Part shown: one piece after another, positions 58,955 to 64,000 of the stretch | How positions within the stretch are numbered: the stretch's first letter is position 1 | Layout: each line of letters starts with the position of its first letter | IMG/VR virus record: IMGVR_UViG_3300022602_000036 | Location: 32,001-96,000 of that record | Reading direction: 5' to 3' (one strand) | Source: a virus | Length of the DNA stretch: 64,000 nt | Made by a program: the position numbers and the translations under genes | Notes under the pieces: generated by a model | What the model saw: only the letters and a program-made list of their open reading frames with translations | Databases searched by the model: none | What the model was told of the DNA's origin: nothing

Positions 58955-59141
58955 TGGATCATACAATACTGTTGGCCCTGCTGGTTCAGGTGGCAGTGTT
59001 CATCCCACTAACTTTAAGCTAGTAGCAGAAAAACTAGTAGAGTGGGAATGGTACGAACGATTTATAGCACAAAATCCAGATCTTAAACTTCGTTGGGAAC
59101 AACATAAAACATATGAGATATTAAACAATGAGCAAGAGTAA
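58938..59141 (+). CDS. Hypothetical protein
   Basis: ORF track. Confidence 0.55.
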   Translation: MANPRNGSYNTVGPAGSGGSVHPTNFKLVAEKLVEWEWYERFIAQNPDLKLRWEQHKTYEILNNEQE

Positions 59142-59316
59142 ACTAACTATTCGCGTCACAAATCTTGACAAGATCAACAGCATTGCCAATTGGTGCAAGG
59201 CCAATTTAGACCATCACGAATGGGATATGACTCCTATACATATATTCAAACCAGACTATAAATTCCACTTTGAATGTGAGCAAACTCGCTTACAAGTAAT
59301 ACTTCAACACCTATAA
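59128..59316 (+). CDS. Hypothetical protein
   Basis: ORF track. Confidence 0.55.
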   Translation: MSKSKLTIRVTNLDKINSIANWCKANLDHHEWDMTPIHIFKPDYKFHFECEQTRLQVILQHL

Positions 59317-59383
59317 ACCACTTGACAATTTAACCAAAAGATGCTATAATTATACATATAATAACAATTTAGGCATAGATTAT

Positions 59384-59686
59384 ATGGAAATTTTAAAAGC
59401 ATTTTTAACGGTTTACTGTATTATATCAGTTACGTTTACTACCTTTTTCCTAATTAATTTATTTAGAAATATTCGCAAAGAACTTGACATTGCCAAAGGT
59501 GTAGACACTGTTAAGAAAACTATGAAGTTAGTCTATGTAGAAGAAGTATGCGGTATGTTTCATATGTATGATATTGCCACCCATACATTTATCTGTCAAG
59601 CATACACTGAAGAAGAATTGTGGACTACGGCAAAAACTAAATTTCCAGACATGAAAGTAGTTAGTTTAGAAAAGGACAGCAAATGA
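59384..59686 (+). CDS. Membrane-anchored hypothetical protein
   Basis: N-terminal TM helix; sigma70 promoter at 59322. Confidence 0.65.
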   Translation: MEILKAFLTVYCIISVTFTTFFLINLFRNIRKELDIAKGVDTVKKTMKLVYVEEVCGMFHMYDIATHTFICQAYTEEELWTTAKTKFPDMKVVSLEKDSK

Positions 59687-60096
59687 CCATGCACATGTTA
59701 CCGCCTATGTATTCAACAACAGGCAAGAAAAAAGGTAAACAGAAATTCCGTACAGCAGAACAGGCTAACAAAGCTCGTCGTAACGCAGAATCGTGGCAAC
59801 AATTATTGGAGAAATATGATGCTAAAGTGGTGGTGGACAAATCTAAGTCCAACAGAAAAAATACTAGTAAAAGTGTGGTTACTAGTGGGAGTGATTGGCG
59901 TAGCCGTGTTGACCCTAGCCGCCTTACTGATCATATACCAAGTCGTGACACAGGTGTCGCTGTAGCCGCTCGCCCAGCAGACAAAGTCTACACAGGTGAT
60001 GCTATGATTGGTATTGGACAACTACATAAGTCAAACGGTATTCCTGTATTCCGTCAAGAAGATGCTGTCGATGTTAGTAAAATGAGAAGAGGATAA
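59683..60096 (+). CDS. Conserved phage hypothetical protein
   Basis: YTG..MIGIGQLHKSNGIPVF...A.D...MRR. Confidence 0.7.
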   Translation: MTMHMLPPMYSTTGKKKGKQKFRTAEQANKARRNAESWQQLLEKYDAKVVVDKSKSNRKNTSKSVVTSGSDWRSRVDPSRLTDHIPSRDTGVAVAARPADKVYTGDAMIGIGQLHKSNGIPVFRQEDAVDVSKMRRG

Positions 60097-60097
60097 T

Positions 60098-60592
60098 ATG
60101 AACCAAGAATTAATTAATATGGCATTTACTCGTAATCAACTTAGTAAGACTATGACGTTAAATGAAGCATTTTTTCTTTTTCATAAGGAGAATCTTTTAA
60201 ACGTAGGAGAATTAACTGAACGTGCTATTGTAAAACAAGGCAAATTAACACAGCATTCAAAAAACTTTAAAGGTAGTGATTTTAAAGAAGACAACAGCGA
60301 TAGTAAATATGTTCAGGTTCGCTATTATTCTACAGCTTATGCTACTATTGCCGGAATTCAAAATAAAATAGGAACATTGCGGGTTTTGTGTTTTGAACCT
60401 AAACAAAATAAAAATTATTATTTCTTAATTCCTTACAAAGTGTATGCTCCTTACACTTCAGCCAATGATTCATTAAAAATCTATTTTGATATGGAAGGCA
60501 ATCCTAGAAGTCCTAAACGGTCGAATCGTCGATACGATTTATGGGATTATGTATGTACTAAAAAAGAATGGTATAAAAAATTAGCAAAATGA
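60098..60592 (+). CDS. Hypothetical protein
   Basis: ORF track. Confidence 0.65.
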   Translation: MNQELINMAFTRNQLSKTMTLNEAFFLFHKENLLNVGELTERAIVKQGKLTQHSKNFKGSDFKEDNSDSKYVQVRYYSTAYATIAGIQNKIGTLRVLCFEPKQNKNYYFLIPYKVYAPYTSANDSLKIYFDMEGNPRSPKRSNRRYDLWDYVCTKKEWYKKLAK

Positions 60593-60774
60593 AAAAAATA
60601 ATTGGATATATTCTAAGTTGGACATTATATTGGCTAGGTGACTTTACTAGTAAACCTATGCACTACTTTGATTGGGGTTGGTTATATCCTGTGTATAATC
60701 ATCTAATGATTTGGAGCACTGACGTACAAGATTGGTCAGGGTGTGATGGCCCGTGGGGAGAAGTCAATGGGTGA
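60589..60774 (+). CDS. Hypothetical protein
   Basis: ORF track. Confidence 0.55.
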   Translation: MKKIIGYILSWTLYWLGDFTSKPMHYFDWGWLYPVYNHLMIWSTDVQDWSGCDGPWGEVNG

Positions 60775-61051
60775 TGAAAGTCAATGGTATTGGAATGATT
60801 GGAAAGACTACCAATACGCAGTTAAAAAAGACCTTAACGTCGAGTATGAACTTTGGGAAAATACACCTAAAAATAACACTGTTATCTTTAATGCTGGCAC
60901 AGATGACGAAATGCTTAAAATTACTCCTGATGGTTTTTATGTTCGTGGAGTAAAGGTAGAACAAGGCCCAGAGGAAGCAGAAGCAGTATACAAAGCGTTT
61001 AAAGAGTTTATGACTTGGGCTATTATCAGCAGGCCCGAAGAAGAGCAATAA
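60767..61051 (+). CDS. Hypothetical protein
   Basis: GGAG RBS before ATG 60767. Confidence 0.6.
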   Translation: MGDESQWYWNDWKDYQYAVKKDLNVEYELWENTPKNNTVIFNAGTDDEMLKITPDGFYVRGVKVEQGPEEAEAVYKAFKEFMTWAIISRPEEEQ

Positions 61052-61076
61052 ATAGTATATTAAAGGAAAGGATCAA

Positions 61077-61292
61077 TTGGCAAAAGAAGACGTTATAAAA
61101 CTATCAGGAACCGTAGAAGAAGTCTTAGGTAACAGTATGTTCCGTGTGAAATTAGAAAACAATCACATTGTTACCGCATATATTGGAGGTAAACTCCGTA
61201 TGCACACAATTAAGATTATCATGGGTGACGTAGTTGACGTTGAAATGACGCCATATGATTTAACCAAAGCCCGTATTACTTACAGACGATAA
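61077..61292 (+). CDS. infA: Translation initiation factor IF-1
   Basis: [21 protein letters not shown]...[26 protein letters not shown]; TTG start. Confidence 0.95.
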   Translation: MAKEDVIKLSGTVEEVLGNSMFRVKLENNHIVTAYIGGKLRMHTIKIIMGDVVDVEMTPYDLTKARITYRR

Positions 61293-61414
61293 GCGTCCAG
61301 CACCAATTTACCTTTAAGCCACATTGGCTGTGCTGTGCAAAAACAAGGAAAGTTCACAACTAGGGGTCCTTGGTAGCCTTGTTGACGACTGGACATAGAT
61401 ATTTATGGAAAATT

Positions 61415-61960
61415 ATGTATAACTTTATTAAATGGACATTAAACGAAGGCAAGGAGCCTAAAACACTTACCCAAACTCCACTGCCTTATGATCGTGGTGC
61501 TCTAGGTAAAAGTCTAAGCAAGGCCACATTAGACTATCACTATGGTAGCCTATACAAAGGCTATGTTGATCGCTACAACAAGGGCGAAGGTGATGCAGAC
61601 TTCAACGAAGCAGGCGCTTTCTTACATGACTTATACTTCACACAATTCCGTGCGCCAAAAAGCTCAAATCTACCCGTAGGTAAAAGTCTAGAGTTAATCA
61701 ATGAACATTTTACAAGTTTTGATAAATTCAAAGAAGCTTTTGAAAAAGAAGCTATGAAGATACAGGGTTCAGGGTGGATCTATCTTTCATACCGTGGCGA
61801 GATTAAAACAATTAAAAATCACGAAGTTAGACGAGATATCGCACTGTTAGTTGACTGGTGGGAGCATGCATGGGCTCTTGACTATAAAGCAGATAAAAAA
61901 GGCTACTTAACTAATCAATGGAAAATCATTGATTGGGACATTATTAATCAAAGGATCTAA
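61415..61960 (+). CDS. Fe/Mn superoxide dismutase (shortened)
   Basis: PLPY, YHYG, FLHDLYF, QGSGW, DWWEHA; metal ligands retained. Confidence 0.85.
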   Translation: MYNFIKWTLNEGKEPKTLTQTPLPYDRGALGKSLSKATLDYHYGSLYKGYVDRYNKGEGDADFNEAGAFLHDLYFTQFRAPKSSNLPVGKSLELINEHFTSFDKFKEAFEKEAMKIQGSGWIYLSYRGEIKTIKNHEVRRDIALLVDWWEHAWALDYKADKKGYLTNQWKIIDWDIINQRI

Positions 61961-62719
61961 ATGCGAACTCCTCTTGTACTAGTTGGTACACGATACAACA
62001 TCTTACCTTTATTAGAAATAGCTGAAGCAACTAATTACGAAGTAATTGGAATTTTAGATCGTTTTTATGTAGGACAGAAATTTGAAGGTATAGATGTTAT
62101 AGGATCTGATCTAGATCTACTAGACAAAGAAAATCAAACCATACAGGATCTTATTAGCACAGCTGAATTTTTTGTCTGTACCTATTTTCCAGGTTATACC
62201 AATACCGATAATCCCAACGAAAACACATTCTTATTAAGATTGCAACGCATTGATTTAGTTAAGCGTGCTGGATGTCAGTTGGCGAATCTAATACACCCCA
62301 AAGCAGATATCAGCAAATATGCCACTGTTGGTAAAAATACGCTAGCACTGTTAAACTCGTATGTTGAGCCTAGATCCACCGTTGAGGATTTTTGTACCCT
62401 TATGCAAGGAGTTGGTATTGGGCACAACAGTATTGTAGGGGAAAATTGTTCATTCTCTGGTGATGGTGGAGTCGCAGGCAGTGTGACCATGGGCAAAAAT
62501 GTCTACGTAGGTGTTAACGTTCGTATATTAAATACCATGGAAAAGAATGTCACAGTAGGTGACAATGTTATTATTGGCCCAGGACTAATAATTATGAAAG
62601 ACATACCTGCAGATACTATTGTGTATCCAAATGGTAAAATGGTTCCTAACTGTGATTTTGATCCAAAAAAATACGAAGGGAACGGAATATTCCCTTCGTA
62701 CCAGCGACTAACTTCTTAA
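61961..62719 (+). CDS. NeuD/PglD-like sugar acetyltransferase (hexapeptide repeats)
   Basis: GILD, ANLIHPKA, IGHNSIVG left-handed beta-helix repeats. Confidence 0.8.
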   Translation: MRTPLVLVGTRYNILPLLEIAEATNYEVIGILDRFYVGQKFEGIDVIGSDLDLLDKENQTIQDLISTAEFFVCTYFPGYTNTDNPNENTFLLRLQRIDLVKRAGCQLANLIHPKADISKYATVGKNTLALLNSYVEPRSTVEDFCTLMQGVGIGHNSIVGENCSFSGDGGVAGSVTMGKNVYVGVNVRILNTMEKNVTVGDNVIIGPGLIIMKDIPADTIVYPNGKMVPNCDFDPKKYEGNGIFPSYQRLTS

Positions 62720-62721
62720 AC

Positions 62722-63768
62722 TTACATCACTTCAATATCAGCAGTGGCAATAGGGAATAGATCAACTCTATGCTTGCGTTCTTGATTGTATTCGTCTTGT
62801 GCAAATGGTAGGTATTCACCTGCTAGTTTATCATAATCAAATTGTAAACGTAGACCTACTCTGTCAGGTAAACGTCCCTTTGCAGGTTCAATTAGTCTAC
62901 GATGTAAGGTAATTGAATTATCAAATATCATAAGGTCACGATCACCTTTGTACCAATGATCATACATGTACTCTGGAACAAAAATACCTTTTTTAATAGT
63001 TTCAAATATCTTTGTGCTTTCTTCTCTAGACATGCCCTCAATATAGTCAAGCGTGGTGATGCCTAAGTGAATACCTTTTACCCCACCAGGGCTAGTAATA
63101 ACCAACGGTACTTTCATATCTGGCTCAGGGCATTGGTTTTCTTTATAAAATGCTTCTTGATCTGGTACTACTTCTGGGTGAACTCCTTTTTCGTGATAGT
63201 TATGTACTACTACCATTTCATCTAGTTCACTGCGGAAACTTTCACTAAGTGATTCATAATAGTCAGTGGTTGTACAAAACCCTGTAGCAGATCCTACGAA
63301 GTTTTCCCATCCCATCAAAGACACTCCAGGAGCAAAACTAACATCTGAACAGGCATTGCTGTGCCAATTCAACTCACCATCTCCAAAGATGCCAATAGAT
63401 TGTCCACGACGATTTTTCTTAGGTGTTACGCGAACTAGTTGCATGTGCTTGTCAATTAACCAACGGCGAGCATTTTGAACTGATTCCATTTCTTCTGCAT
63501 TGAGCTCATTGTTGAATATTAATTCTTTCAATGGCTTTCCATATTTTAAATATAGATTCACTGGACGCGGAAATCTTGGCGTGCCCCATTTTAACATTAG
63601 TTCATTATAACGTGGATAGTCAAGAGTATTACCGCGAATAATAGTAACTAATCCCTGAAGATGTAAATTGCCAATTTCCATCCATTCTTCGTCAGAAATG
63701 GTATTTAAATCTACATCATCAATAAAATGGCCAAACCTTCCCAGGCCAGGAATTTTAGTAATTTTCAT
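62722..63768 (-). CDS. TauD/TfdA-family 2OG-Fe(II) dioxygenase
   Basis: LNWHSN, YESLSE, H.W...DLMIFDNSITLHRR. Confidence 0.85.
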   Translation of the reverse strand: MKITKIPGLGRFGHFIDDVDLNTISDEEWMEIGNLHLQGLVTIIRGNTLDYPRYNELMLKWGTPRFPRPVNLYLKYGKPLKELIFNNELNAEEMESVQNARRWLIDKHMQLVRVTPKKNRRGQSIGIFGDGELNWHSNACSDVSFAPGVSLMGWENFVGSATGFCTTTDYYESLSESFRSELDEMVVVHNYHEKGVHPEVVPDQEAFYKENQCPEPDMKVPLVITSPGGVKGIHLGITTLDYIEGMSREESTKIFETIKKGIFVPEYMYDHWYKGDRDLMIFDNSITLHRRLIEPAKGRLPDRVGLRLQFDYDKLAGEYLPFAQDEYNQERKHRVDLFPIATADIEVM

Positions 63769-64000
63769 AAATTTTCCTCAAATAAATTTTAATTAGATTT
63801 TATTGCTAGTGAGAAATCACACACGGAAGGCGTTCTAATTTAACAAATTAGTAAAAGGATTATTATCCCAGGCGTCTTAGTTTTCCGACGTCGATGAATA
63901 TCGGCGCTGCATAATTATTTATGTTGTTTATAAACGCCAGCTAAATTATACATAGGTTCTGTGCCTAAGTTAAGCATAGCATAGTCATGTACACCTTCGT

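Overview
64-kb fragment of a large lytic tailed phage genome (AT-rich, standard genetic code, T4-like late-promoter motif TAAATA plus many near-consensus sigma70 TTGACA-N17-TATAAT promoters). GroES/GroEL resemble betaproteobacterial proteins, so the host may be a betaproteobacterium (inference). From left to right: a curli-like module (CsgG, three curlin-repeat proteins, FecR-domain protein); an RNAP omega-like gene and feoA; a leader peptide with a terminator/antiterminator pair in front of a 28-tRNA array covering all 20 amino acids, interleaved with homing endonucleases and several unexplained structured RNAs; a CHASE2 adenylate cyclase; sugar-modification, radical SAM, 2OG-oxygenase and amidinotransferase genes; uvsE, a TraR/DksA-like gene and clpP; a circularly permuted two-piece tmRNA; a DGQHR-like + HNH pair; groES/groEL; tail-fibre and virion genes; DNA ligase, a cell-wall hydrolase, infA, SOD, a sugar acetyltransferase and a TauD-family dioxygenase. 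The strongest candidate for a new system is the apparent ribosome-mediated attenuator (7734-8018), whose leader samples 19 amino acids and may switch on the phage tRNA array when translation stalls. All calls were made by eye from the sequence and ORF track; no searches were run.
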